From the NCBI GenBank assembly GCA_009924545.1, contig RFRL01000001.1, positions 4,272 to 68,271 of the forward strand: a stretch of DNA of 64,000 nt. Reading direction: 5' to 3'. This document shows, one piece after another, positions 21,019 through 30,199 of this stretch. The notes beneath the pieces were generated by a model. It worked only from the letters and a program-made list of their open reading frames with translations. It ran no database searches and was not told where the DNA came from. The translations under genes and the position numbers were made by a program. The DNA comes from Planctomycetia bacterium (GTDB taxonomy: Bacteria; Planctomycetota; Planctomycetia; Pirellulales; UBA1268). The first letter of the stretch is position 1; the number at the start of each line of letters is the position of its first letter.

Positions 21019-21090
21019 CCGTGTCCCCTCGCGAAACACCGCGGCCGGGACGGATCCCGACCCTGGTACCCGCCCCGGAGAACGCCCCCG

Positions 21091-22752
21091 ATGCCACGTA
21101 TCCGGACCCGTTCGTCGCCGTCGGTCGTGCTGCTGGGTGGCCTCGCCATCACGCTGGCCTTGCGGTCGGCCGGCCAGGGGTTCGCACAGGAGCCCGCGGC
21201 CCCGGCCGTTCCCTCTGCCACGACCGGGCCTGTTGCTCCCCCCGACCGTGGGCTGGGCGTGGGGGCGGAGGTGGTGGAGGAGTTCGGCCGCCGCAACGGC
21301 CGGGTGTTCGTCGGCTGGCCGGCACCGCGCGCGGTCCTCGTGCTGACCGGTGAACTCGACGGCTACATCGAACCCTGCGGCTGCACCGGCAAGGAGAATC
21401 AGAAGGGGGGCCTGAGCCGCCGCCAGAACTTCCTCCGGGCTCTGGAGAAGGCCGGCTGGCCCACGGTCGCCGTCGACCTCGGGGGACAGGTGCGGCGCTT
21501 TGGCCGGCAGACGGAAATCAAGTTCCAGTCGATCGCCGAGGGGCTCAAGGCGATGGGATACGACGGCGTCGGCCTGGGACCGGCCGACCTCCGCCTCCCC
21601 ACCGAGGGGCTCGTCGCCGCCGTGGCCGCGGTGGGTGCCGAACCGACCCCCTTCCTGTCGGCCAACGTGGGGCTCTACGGGCTCGACACCGGGATCACGC
21701 CCACCGTGCGCACGCTGGACGTGGGTGGGCTGCGGATCGGTGTCACCGCCGTGCTCGGCGACCGCCAAGCCGTCGCCGTGCGCAACGAAACGGTGGAAAT
21801 CAGGTCGGCGACCGACGGCCTCCGCGCCGCCGCGGCCGCGCTCGAGGAGGCCCGGTGCGACCACCAGGTACTCCTCGCCTGGACCAACGCCGACGAAGCG
21901 GCGAAATATGCGGCGTTGTTCCCCCAGTTCGACATCGTGGTGGCGGCCGGCGGTGCCGACGAACCGCCCACCGAACCGCCGGCGCTACCGGCGGCCGAGG
22001 GGCGGAAGCCGGCCCGCTTGGTCGAACTCGGCCACAAGGGGATGTACGCCGTCGCCATCGGCCTGTTTCCCGGCGATGCCGTGCCGCTGCGGAGCCAGCG
22101 CGTGCCGCTCGACGCCCGCTGGGGGGAGTCGGAGGACATGATCCGGCTCCTCGGCGCCTACCAGAGCCAGTTGGAAAGGCTCGGCCTCGATGGCCTCGGT
22201 CTCTCGCCGATCCGCCACCCCACCGGCCGGCGCTTCGCCGGGAGCGCCGCCTGTGCCGATTGCCATCAGGCGGCGTACGACGTCTGGAAGGACTCGGGAC
22301 ACGCCGGGGCCCTGACGACGCTCGAGACGCAAACACCGCGGCGCGATGGCGACCCGGAATGCCTCTCATGCCACGTCGTCGGCTGGGTGCCGCAGAAGTA
22401 CGAACCCTACGAGGGTGGATTCGCCGGGAAGACGGCCACCCCCCACCTCGCACAGCAAGGGTGCGAAAACTGCCATGGTCCGGCGGCCACCCATGCGGCC
22501 GTCGAGCTGGGGGACGTGCAGGCGACCGACGAACAGCGGACCCGGCTGCGGGCCGATCTCTCGCTGTCGCTGGCCACCCCCGAAGGGCGGGAAAAGGCGG
22601 TCAACAACTGCCTCGAGTGCCACGACCTCGACAACAGTCCGAAGTTCGACTTCGACACCTACTGGCCGCAGGTGGAGCACTCCACACCCGAGGCCGCCAC
22701 GCCGCAGACGCCGGCACGAGATCAGGGGCCACGGAATCCGGCGAACCGGTGA
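21091..22752 (+). CDS. secreted tetrahaem c-type cytochrome with an N-terminal degenerate metallophosphoesterase/5'-nucleotidase-like domain
   Basis: Signal peptide (SVVLLGGLAITLALRSAGQGFAQE). Four CxxCH motifs: CADCH (C388), CLSCH (C424), CENCH (C458) and CLECH (C507), spanning nt 22252-22623. The N-terminal roughly 350 aa begin VLVLTGELDGYIEPCGCTG, which by eye resembles the xxDxHG start of calcineurin-like phosphoesterases with the His residues replaced. Confidence 0.75.
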   Translation: MPRIRTRSSPSVVLLGGLAITLALRSAGQGFAQEPAAPAVPSATTGPVAPPDRGLGVGAEVVEEFGRRNGRVFVGWPAPRAVLVLTGELDGYIEPCGCTGKENQKGGLSRRQNFLRALEKAGWPTVAVDLGGQVRRFGRQTEIKFQSIAEGLKAMGYDGVGLGPADLRLPTEGLVAAVAAVGAEPTPFLSANVGLYGLDTGITPTVRTLDVGGLRIGVTAVLGDRQAVAVRNETVEIRSATDGLRAAAAALEEARCDHQVLLAWTNADEAAKYAALFPQFDIVVAAGGADEPPTEPPALPAAEGRKPARLVELGHKGMYAVAIGLFPGDAVPLRSQRVPLDARWGESEDMIRLLGAYQSQLERLGLDGLGLSPIRHPTGRRFAGSAACADCHQAAYDVWKDSGHAGALTTLETQTPRRDGDPECLSCHVVGWVPQKYEPYEGGFAGKTATPHLAQQGCENCHGPAATHAAVELGDVQATDEQRTRLRADLSLSLATPEGREKAVNNCLECHDLDNSPKFDFDTYWPQVEHSTPEAATPQTPARDQGPRNPANR

Positions 22753-22862
22753 CGGGCAACCCGCCGCGGGTGGCCGGCTCGGCCCTGCAGAAGCGCCGCC
22801 GGCTCCAGCCCGCGAGAAGGGCGGGATCGCGCTCGCCATGAACCGGCGCTGCCACACGCGGC

Positions 22863-23612
22863 TCAGCCGAGTTGGGCGATGGCCTCGTCGGGGATACTGA
22901 AGTTGGCGGCGACGGCCTGCACGTCGTCGTGGTCGTCGAGGCGTTCGAGGAGATCGAGAACCTTCCGGGCCACGTCGACATCCTCGACAGAAACCGTGCT
23001 CGTCGGCAGGCGGACGATCCCGCCCGGCTCCACCGGCAGTGCGGCAGTCTGCAGGGCCTCGATCACGCCGGCCATCGTCACCGGCTCGCAGGTGATCTCC
23101 CAACGGTCACCGGCCAGTTTGACATCGTCGGCCCCGGCCTCGAGGGCGATCTCCATCACCCGCTCCTCCGCGACCGCCTCTTGCGGCACCCGGACCATGC
23201 CCTTGCGCTGGAAGAGGTACGCCACGCAGCCGGTCGCCCCGAGCTTGCCGTCGCACATCTCGAACACCTTGCGGATCTCGGGAGCCGTGCGGTTCTTGTT
23301 GTCGGTGAGGATCTCACACAACACCGCCACGCCGCCGGCCGCGTACCCCTCGTAGAGCGACTCCTCGAGGTTGCCCCCCTTCAGTTCGCCCGTGCCGGTG
23401 CGGATGGCACGCTGGATGTTGTCCTTGGGCATGCTCACGGCCTTCGCCGCGTCGATCGCATAGCGCAGCCGGAGGTTGGCGTCGGGATCGGGCCCCCCGT
23501 GCTTCGCCGCGACGATGATCGCCTTGGCGAGCTTGCTCCACAGCTTGCCGCGCTTGGCGTCGATGAGCGACTTCTTGCGGGCGATGTTCGCCCAATGGGA
23601 ATGGCCGGCCAT
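22863..23612 (-). CDS. YebC/PmpR-family transcriptional regulator
   Basis: MAGHSHWANIARKKSLIDAKRGKLWSKLAKAIIVAAKHGGPDPDANLRLR is the near-invariant YebC N-terminus. 249 aa, the full family length. Confidence 0.9.
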   Translation of the reverse strand: MAGHSHWANIARKKSLIDAKRGKLWSKLAKAIIVAAKHGGPDPDANLRLRYAIDAAKAVSMPKDNIQRAIRTGTGELKGGNLEESLYEGYAAGGVAVLCEILTDNKNRTAPEIRKVFEMCDGKLGATGCVAYLFQRKGMVRVPQEAVAEERVMEIALEAGADDVKLAGDRWEITCEPVTMAGVIEALQTAALPVEPGGIVRLPTSTVSVEDVDVARKVLDLLERLDDHDDVQAVAANFSIPDEAIAQLG

Positions 23613-23626
23613 GGGTCACCTCGGGT

Positions 23627-24928
23627 TCAACGCGGCTTACGCCTGGTGAGCTGGGTCGCCGCCGTGACGGGGGGCTTTCCGGCTGCCTTCTTCGCCGGGG
23701 GCTTCGCCGCCGGGGTCGGGGACGTGGTCGCGGGAGGACGGGCGGTCGACTTTTCACCGGGCCGGTCGGCAGCGGGCTTCGCCTCCGCCTTCCGTGCTCC
23801 CTCACCGCGCCCCTTCTTTTCGGCGGCAGCCTTGTCGGACGCGGGCTTTGCTGCCCCCTTCTCCCCGGCGCGGGCGGGCGGCTTCGATGGCTGGGCCGTG
23901 GTCGCGGCGGGCTTGGCTCCGTCGGGCTTCTTCGCCTCCGCCTTTCTCGGCTCGGTCCGGACCGGCGGCGCGGCGGGCGGCGGCACGGCATCGGCGGGCG
24001 CCGGTCGCCCGACGTTCGGCTTCACGACGAACGGCTTCGGCCCCGGCTTGGCTCCCACCACCGGCTTGCCGTCGGCCGTCCGCTTGGGCCCCGATCCGGG
24101 CGGGGGGAGCGGCGTCTTGCCGGCCGGTCGCGCGGCAGCCTGAGGACCGGCCGGGCGATGCTCCTCCGCCGCGGTCCGCGCCGCTTCGGCGGCCCGGTGG
24201 CCGTCCTTCCCGGAGAGCGGCGGGGGTGCTGGAAGCGGCATGGGCTCACCCCGTTTGGGGAACCGATCCTTGAGGTCGGCGTTGACCGCCTGGAGGATCC
24301 GGCGCACCGTGGCCCCATGGAGATTGCGGAGCACTTCGACGCCGAACTGATGGAGCAGGGAGGAGAATTCGGGGCCCGATTTCTTGGGCACGAGCCGCTC
24401 CAGGCCGGTGGCCTTCCCGGAGTCGTATTCCTCCTGGGTGATGATGCCCGCGAGGAACAGCGCCTGGAGGGCACCGAGGTCGACCGGGATGAAATGCCCT
24501 CCCAACCCCGTCGCCGCCACATGGGCGATGACGAACGGTGGAATCCCATGGAGCCCCTCGAGCGTCTTCAGGCCATGGGCCAGCGAGTGCTTCCGCGCCG
24601 CCTCCAGAGAGAAGCTGTAGCTCGACTCGAACACGCTCTGCAGGACACGGCGGAGGGAGAGCGCCGCCCGCGTTGGGTCGGGGAGGTCGTGGAGCGCTTC
24701 GGCCAGTTCCGCCACCGTGGTGACACGCACCTCGTTGAGGTCGAAGAACGCCTCGCCGAGGCGGGCGAACGCCTTCTCCGCCAGGTCGTCCGGCGCGTTC
24801 TCCAGGCAGCAGGCAAACAGGACCTGTTCCAACAGCGGCCGCGAGGTATCGGTGGCCGCCGGTCGATACTGGCCGCGGAGCGCCTTGTGAAGGCGGGCCA
24901 CGAGTTGCTGGCGGTTGGCTGCGGTCAT
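23627..24928 (-). CDS. EndoIII-fold (HhH-GPD-like) domain protein with a histone-H1-like A/K/P-rich basic tail
   Basis: The N-terminal roughly 220 aa resemble endonuclease III family topology (LLEQVLFACCLEN..., LEGLHGIPPFVIAHVAATGLGGHFIPVDLGALQAL as a helix-hairpin-helix-like element). I see no Fe-S Cys cluster. The C-terminal roughly 200 aa are repeats of the AKP/PAAK/KKA type (…AEAKKPDGAKPAATTAQPSKPPARAGEKGAAKPA…AAKPPAKKAAGKPP…). Its start overlaps the rbfA stop (ATGA at 24925-24928). Confidence 0.7.
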   Translation of the reverse strand: MTAANRQQLVARLHKALRGQYRPAATDTSRPLLEQVLFACCLENAPDDLAEKAFARLGEAFFDLNEVRVTTVAELAEALHDLPDPTRAALSLRRVLQSVFESSYSFSLEAARKHSLAHGLKTLEGLHGIPPFVIAHVAATGLGGHFIPVDLGALQALFLAGIITQEEYDSGKATGLERLVPKKSGPEFSSLLHQFGVEVLRNLHGATVRRILQAVNADLKDRFPKRGEPMPLPAPPPLSGKDGHRAAEAARTAAEEHRPAGPQAAARPAGKTPLPPPGSGPKRTADGKPVVGAKPGPKPFVVKPNVGRPAPADAVPPPAAPPVRTEPRKAEAKKPDGAKPAATTAQPSKPPARAGEKGAAKPASDKAAAEKKGRGEGARKAEAKPAADRPGEKSTARPPATTSPTPAAKPPAKKAAGKPPVTAATQLTRRKPR

Positions 24929-25404
24929 GGCTGATCATGCTCCGTCGCTGGCGGCTGATCCGTCGATGCCCTGCCGGTCTCGGCGGCGATGTCGCCGGAC
25001 GGCCGATCCCCCCCATCCACGGCCCCCTCGCCCCCGGCTGCCGATTCTGCTCCCGGGACGTCGGTGGGGAGCACGTCGGCGAGGAGCCGGGCCATTTCGA
25101 TCGACCGCTTCACCCCGCTGTCGATCTCGAAGCGCAGCCGTGGCGTGTAGCGGGTCTCGATGCGCTCGGCGATCTGTGCCTGGAGGAAGCCGGCAGAACT
25201 CGCCAGACCGCGGAGTGCCAACGCTTCCTGCGCGGGCGTTCCCATCACGGAGACGTGCACCGTAGCCGAACGCATATCGGGTGCCATCTCCACGCGGGTG
25301 ACGGTCACATCGCGCACCCGTGGGTCACGGACCTGCGTGAGGATGGCCATGCTGACCACCTCCCGTACCGCCTCGGCCGCCTTGAGAAGTCGCCGCGAGC
25401 TCAC
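24925..25404 (-). CDS. rbfA: ribosome-binding factor A
   Basis: SRRLLKAAEAVREVVSMAILTQVRDPRVRDVTVTRVEMAPDMRSATVHVSV...YTPRLRF matches the RbfA pattern. I prefer the GTG at 25404, which forms a GTGA overlap with the infB stop (25401-25403). The track ORF starts at the GTG at 25440. Confidence 0.85.
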   Translation of the reverse strand: MSSRRLLKAAEAVREVVSMAILTQVRDPRVRDVTVTRVEMAPDMRSATVHVSVMGTPAQEALALRGLASSAGFLQAQIAERIETRYTPRLRFEIDSGVKRSIEMARLLADVLPTDVPGAESAAGGEGAVDGGDRPSGDIAAETGRASTDQPPATEHDQP

Positions 25405-28310
25405 GACAGCGTCCGTGCGACTTCCTCGATCCGGTAGCACTCGAGGAAGTCGCCCTCCTTGACGTCATTGAAGCCCTGCAGCTTGATGCCACACTCGAGC
25501 CCGTCGCGGACCTCCCGGGCGTCGTCCTTCTCACGCTTCAGCGACTCGATGCCGTAGTCGCCGATCACCCGGCTGTCGCGGATGACGCGGAGCCGGCCGT
25601 TGCGTGCGATCACCCCACCGATCACCCGGCACCCGGCGATCACGCCGATACGGCTGATGGCGAACGTGCGTTGGATGATCGCCCGGCCGAGTTCGGCCTC
25701 GCGCTTTTCCGGGGCGAGCATCCCTTCCAGCGCGCTCTTCAGGTCGTCGGTGACCTGGTAAATGATGTCGTAGCGCCGGATCTGCACCCCCCGATCCTCG
25801 GCCAGCGACCGGGCCCGTTCGTCGGGCACCACGTTGAAGGCGATGATCACCGCGTCGGACGCGTCGGCCAATTGCACGTCGGCCTCGCTCACGCCACCCA
25901 CGGTCGCCTGGAGCACGCGGATCTTGACCTCCGGATGCTCGAGTTTCTGCAATTCCTTGAGGATCGCTTCGATCGAACCGCGCACGTCAGCCCGGAGGAT
26001 GAGGTTGAGCGTGGGGGTCTTCTGGCTGCCGAGTTTGTCGAGCAGGTTCTCCAGCGTCACGTGCACCGGGGCGCTGACGAGGTTCGTCTGCCGCCGGATG
26101 GCCGACCGCTTCAGGGCCACCTCGCGCGCCAGGGCGATCGAATCGACCACCTGGAACCGTTCCCCCGCGCCGGGAGCCACGTCGAACCCGGTCACCATCA
26201 CCGGTTCGGCGGGGCCGGCAGTGGCGGTCCGGCGCTTCCCCAGGGTGTCGTGCAGGGCCTTGACGGTGCCGCTGGCCTCGCCGCAGACCACCGCATCCCC
26301 GACGCGCAGCGTGCCCTTCTGCACCAGCATGCAGGCGGTCACACCCCGCCCCTCGTGGATCGACGCATCGAGGCAGACACCGGCGGCCGACCGATCGGGG
26401 TTGGCCCGCAGGTCGTGGAGTTCGGCGATCGTGAGCAGCGTGTCGAGGAGGTGATCGACGCCCTCGCCTGTCAGCGCACTGGTTTTGACGACCTCCGTCT
26501 CGCCGCCCCACTCGGTGGGCAGCAATTCGGTGGCGGCGAGTTGCTGGTAAATCCGCTGCACGTCGACCCCCGGGAGGTCGATCTTGTTGATGCACACAAC
26601 GATCGGCACGCTGGCCGCCTTGGCGTGGCTGATCGCCTCCTCGGTTTGCGGCATCAGCCCGTCGTCGGCGGCGACGACGAGGACGGCACAGTCGGTGACG
26701 TTCGCACCGCGGGCCCGCATCTGGGTGAAGGCCTCGTGGCCCGGGGTGTCGACGAACGTGATCGCCCGACCGTTGTGCTTCACCCCGTAGGCACGGATGT
26801 GCTGCGTGATGCCGCCGCTCTCGCGGGCGGCGACGTTCATGCCGAGGATCCGGTCGAGCAGCGATGTCTTGCCATGGTCGACATGGCCGAGGAACGTGAC
26901 GATCGGCGCCCGCGGTTGCCGCACCGCCGGATCCTCGTCCACGGCGTCGAACCCGGCGAGAAGGTCCTTCTCCAGGTCCTCCGCCGTCTTGATGTCGAGC
27001 AACACGCCGAACTCCACCGCCAGCAACTCGACCGTATCGCGATCGAGCGACATGCCCATGCTCGGCATGTTGGCGGGCGCCAGCGCGAGCAACTTCTTGA
27101 GCACCTCGCTGGCCGGCAGACCGATCGCCTCCGACAGGGCACGGACGGTGCACGGCACCTGGATGGAGGCGTTGGCCTTCCGCGGCGCGGCCGTCGACAC
27201 GGTGGCTCCACGGCGCGGCCGCGACGAGCGCCGCCGCCGTCCGCCGCCGTCATCGTCGTCACCCCGGGTCTCGGAAACCCGCTTGCGGTTGAGTTGCCTT
27301 GCTTCGCGGCCGCCGAGCAGGTCGTCCGGCTTGCCGGGCACACCTTTGACAGGGGTCCGGCGCGGGCGCACGCCGGGCTCCATCGGCGGCGGCACCGGGG
27401 CCAGGCCCGGCCCACCCCGCGCGCCACCCCGCAGCGGTGATCCGGACGGCGGCCGCTGCCGGGCCACGTCCGCCTGCCGCTGCTCGTGCTTGCGCATGTG
27501 GTCGGCCAGTGGCTTCGACCCGCCCGCCTTGGCACTGCGGATCGCGTCGAGCGGGAGTTTCACGTCGGGCTTCTGCGCGGCGGGCTCCTGCGGTGCGCGG
27601 GGCACCACCGGAGGCTTGCCCGCGGCCGGCAACGGGGCGAGTTTGAACGCCGGCCGGGGCACCGGCTTGGCGTCCGAAGAGCGGCTACCGATCGTCCGGG
27701 GGCGCGACTCCGACGACTTGGGGGAAGCCACCTCGGGGGGCTTTCCCCGGGCCCCCACGCCGCCCGGAGCAATGTAGTCTTCCTTGCGGAGCGGACCGGC
27801 CGTCCGCGGCGCGACCGGTCGCTGGATGGGAGGGATGGCGGGAGGCGTGCCGGCCGCCGGTCCCGCAGGGGCCGCGGGCGCTCCCTGGCCAGGCGGAGCG
27901 GAAGCCGCCGGTGTGGCAGCCACAGGACCGGTCGGCGAAACCGCCGGCGGCGCGGCCTGAGCGGGTGCCATGGGAGCCGACGGCGCGGGCTGCACCGTCG
28001 CCTTCGGGGCGGATGGCGGGGGGCCGAGCATCGGGGGCCGCCCGGGCACCATGGGCGCGGCGGGACGCACCGGAGGACCGACCGCAGGGCGAACCGGCCC
28101 GACCGCAGCGGGCCGACCTGGGGCCGCGCCCCCGGCAGGCCGTGAACGGGCGGCCATGAACTCCTTGAGCTTGACCACCTCTTCGTCGGTCAGGCTCGCC
28201 AGCGCCGATCCCTTGTCATGGATCCCGGCGCGCGTGCACAGATCGACCAGCTCCTTGCTGTCGAGCTTCAGTTCTTTTGCCAGCGTGTATATCCGAACCG
28301 CCACGCGCAC
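25401..28310 (-). CDS. infB: translation initiation factor IF-2
   Basis: G-domain motifs [20 protein letters not shown] and NKID. The N-terminus [19 protein letters not shown] is typical of IF-2, followed by a long P/A-rich linker. The exact start (28310 or a few codons downstream) is uncertain. Confidence 0.92.
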   Translation of the reverse strand: MRVAVRIYTLAKELKLDSKELVDLCTRAGIHDKGSALASLTDEEVVKLKEFMAARSRPAGGAAPGRPAAVGPVRPAVGPPVRPAAPMVPGRPPMLGPPPSAPKATVQPAPSAPMAPAQAAPPAVSPTGPVAATPAASAPPGQGAPAAPAGPAAGTPPAIPPIQRPVAPRTAGPLRKEDYIAPGGVGARGKPPEVASPKSSESRPRTIGSRSSDAKPVPRPAFKLAPLPAAGKPPVVPRAPQEPAAQKPDVKLPLDAIRSAKAGGSKPLADHMRKHEQRQADVARQRPPSGSPLRGGARGGPGLAPVPPPMEPGVRPRRTPVKGVPGKPDDLLGGREARQLNRKRVSETRGDDDDGGGRRRRSSRPRRGATVSTAAPRKANASIQVPCTVRALSEAIGLPASEVLKKLLALAPANMPSMGMSLDRDTVELLAVEFGVLLDIKTAEDLEKDLLAGFDAVDEDPAVRQPRAPIVTFLGHVDHGKTSLLDRILGMNVAARESGGITQHIRAYGVKHNGRAITFVDTPGHEAFTQMRARGANVTDCAVLVVAADDGLMPQTEEAISHAKAASVPIVVCINKIDLPGVDVQRIYQQLAATELLPTEWGGETEVVKTSALTGEGVDHLLDTLLTIAELHDLRANPDRSAAGVCLDASIHEGRGVTACMLVQKGTLRVGDAVVCGEASGTVKALHDTLGKRRTATAGPAEPVMVTGFDVAPGAGERFQVVDSIALAREVALKRSAIRRQTNLVSAPVHVTLENLLDKLGSQKTPTLNLILRADVRGSIEAILKELQKLEHPEVKIRVLQATVGGVSEADVQLADASDAVIIAFNVVPDERARSLAEDRGVQIRRYDIIYQVTDDLKSALEGMLAPEKREAELGRAIIQRTFAISRIGVIAGCRVIGGVIARNGRLRVIRDSRVIGDYGIESLKREKDDAREVRDGLECGIKLQGFNDVKEGDFLECYRIEEVARTLS

Positions 28311-28359
28311 CCCTCATGGCAACGATCGAAACGATTTGTCCGGAAAGAACACCACCATC

Positions 28360-29766
28360 TCAGGATTCCCCGTCGGTCGCCTGCAGCGGTGCCGACTCCG
28401 CGGAAACAGGGCCCACACCGCCCCCCTCCGACGCGGCCAAACCCGAAGCCACGCCACCCGACGCAGCATCATCCACATCGCCCGCCGCGGCTTCATGCGC
28501 CTCCTCCGCGGAGGCCCCATCGCCGCCGGCGGCCAGCACCTCGCCCGCCTGGTCGGCCGCGGCCCGATCGCTTCGCTCCTGCTCACGCTGCTTGCGGCGC
28601 TCGTCTGCGGCCGCCATTTCTGCGGCCGCGGCCCGCCTCTCGGCCTCGGCGACGATCGCATCGACCGCCTCCTCCGGCAGCCCCCCCATGTCCATCAGAT
28701 CGGCCGGCTCGATCACCGACAGATCGTCGTAAGAGAGGAAACCCTCGCCCACGAGCTTCTCCGCCACCGACTCATCGAGCCCCTCGATCGAGGAGAACCC
28801 GGTCACCGCGCGCTCGATCTGTTGGTCGAGCTCCTCGCGGGTCATGATCTCGATGTCCCAGCCGCACAACTTGCTGGCCAGCCGCACGTTCTGACCGCGG
28901 CGACCGATCGCCAGCGAGAGCTGGTCCTCCTGCACCAGCACGATCCCCCGGCCGAGCATCTGGCAGAGGATCACCTCGTCCACCTCGGCCGGCTGCAGGG
29001 CATTGGGCACGAGCACCTGGAGATCGTCGCTCCAGCGGACGATGTCGATCCGCTCGCCACCGAGTTCCTCGACGATGTTCTTGATGCGGTTGCCACGGAC
29101 GCCGACGCACGCCCCGACGCAATCGACGCGGGCATCCGAACTGATCACCGCCACCTTGCTCCGGTAACCGGGCTCACGGGAAATCGCCCGGATCTCGATC
29201 ACGCCGTCGGCGATTTCCGGGATCTCCTGCTCGAAGAGCCGCTGCACCAACTGGGGCCGGATCCGCGAGAGGATGATCTTCACCCGGCTCCCGACCTTCC
29301 GGACCTCGAAGATCGTCGCCCGGATGCGCTCGTTGGGGTGGAACGACTCCCCCGGGATCTGCTCGCTCCGCGGCAGGATGGCCTCGGTGCTGCCGAGCGT
29401 GACGGTGGCGGTGGCCCCCTCGAACCGGCTCACCACCCCCGACACCATCTGGCCGATCTGCTCCTCGAACTCGTCGTGGATCGCATCCCGCTCCGCCTCG
29501 CGGATCTTCTGGATGATCACCTGCTTGGCGGTTTGGGCACCGATCCGACCCGACAACTCCTGGGTGTCGATGTCGGCACCGTCACGGGTGCCGGTGAGGC
29601 GGCCGTTCTCGCGGTCGATCGCGATGACGATCTGCGATTCCTCGCCGTATTGTCGCTGCAACGCGGTGACGAGGGCCGCTTCGATCGCCTGGAAGACGAT
29701 CTCCTTGTCGATGTTCTTGTCACGATGGATCGCATCGACGATGCGGAGGATTTCTTCAGGCTTCAT
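28360..29766 (-). CDS. nusA: transcription termination/antitermination factor NusA
   Basis: From the ATG at 29766 ([32 protein letters not shown]). S1 segment [23 protein letters not shown] segments [29 protein letters not shown] and [25 protein letters not shown]. The C-terminus is acidic and Ala-rich. The upstream 80 codons of the track ORF are not NusA-like. Confidence 0.9.
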   Translation of the reverse strand: MKPEEILRIVDAIHRDKNIDKEIVFQAIEAALVTALQRQYGEESQIVIAIDRENGRLTGTRDGADIDTQELSGRIGAQTAKQVIIQKIREAERDAIHDEFEEQIGQMVSGVVSRFEGATATVTLGSTEAILPRSEQIPGESFHPNERIRATIFEVRKVGSRVKIILSRIRPQLVQRLFEQEIPEIADGVIEIRAISREPGYRSKVAVISSDARVDCVGACVGVRGNRIKNIVEELGGERIDIVRWSDDLQVLVPNALQPAEVDEVILCQMLGRGIVLVQEDQLSLAIGRRGQNVRLASKLCGWDIEIMTREELDQQIERAVTGFSSIEGLDESVAEKLVGEGFLSYDDLSVIEPADLMDMGGLPEEAVDAIVAEAERRAAAAEMAAADERRKQREQERSDRAAADQAGEVLAAGGDGASAEEAHEAAAGDVDDAASGGVASGLAASEGGGVGPVSAESAPLQATDGES

Positions 29767-30107
29767 GGATCGCTCGGAGTCGCTTCCGTCGCACCGGCCG
29801 GACGTGGCGCCAAGTCGCCCGTCATCCCGGTCACCCATACATTCCGGTCGCCCGGCTGGACGGCCGGGGGCAGACGCGGTTCGCCGACAAGGGCCGGACC
29901 GGCCGGGCGGCGGCCGTCCTCCACGTTCGCGCGACGAACGCCGTTCCGACGAAGTGCACTGCGGCGTACGGTCACCCGCGCTGGGGCGACATTCGCACCT
30001 GTGCACAACGCCACCGGAGCCCCGCCGAACAATCGTTCAGCGACGGGGTTTTCTGGAAGCAACACCCGACACCCAGGCCAGCGGCCACCCGCTGACGCAA
30101 CCCGCAA

Positions 30108-30136
30108 AGGGTAAGGCTGGCGAATGGCACTGTCAA
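30108..30136 (-). promoter_or_regulatory. candidate promoter for nusA-infB-rbfA (TTGACA-17 nt-TACCCT on the minus strand)
   Basis: The reverse complement reads cTTGACAgtgccattcgccagcctTACCCTttgc. The -35 is a perfect consensus and the -10 keeps T1, A2 and T6. It lies about 340 nt upstream of the nusA ATG. Motif match only. Confidence 0.3.
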
Positions 30137-30199
30137 GGAGCCACTCACCACCAGCGGGGGGCCGGGCAGGGGAGAAACGGCGGAGCCATCCGCGGACTT

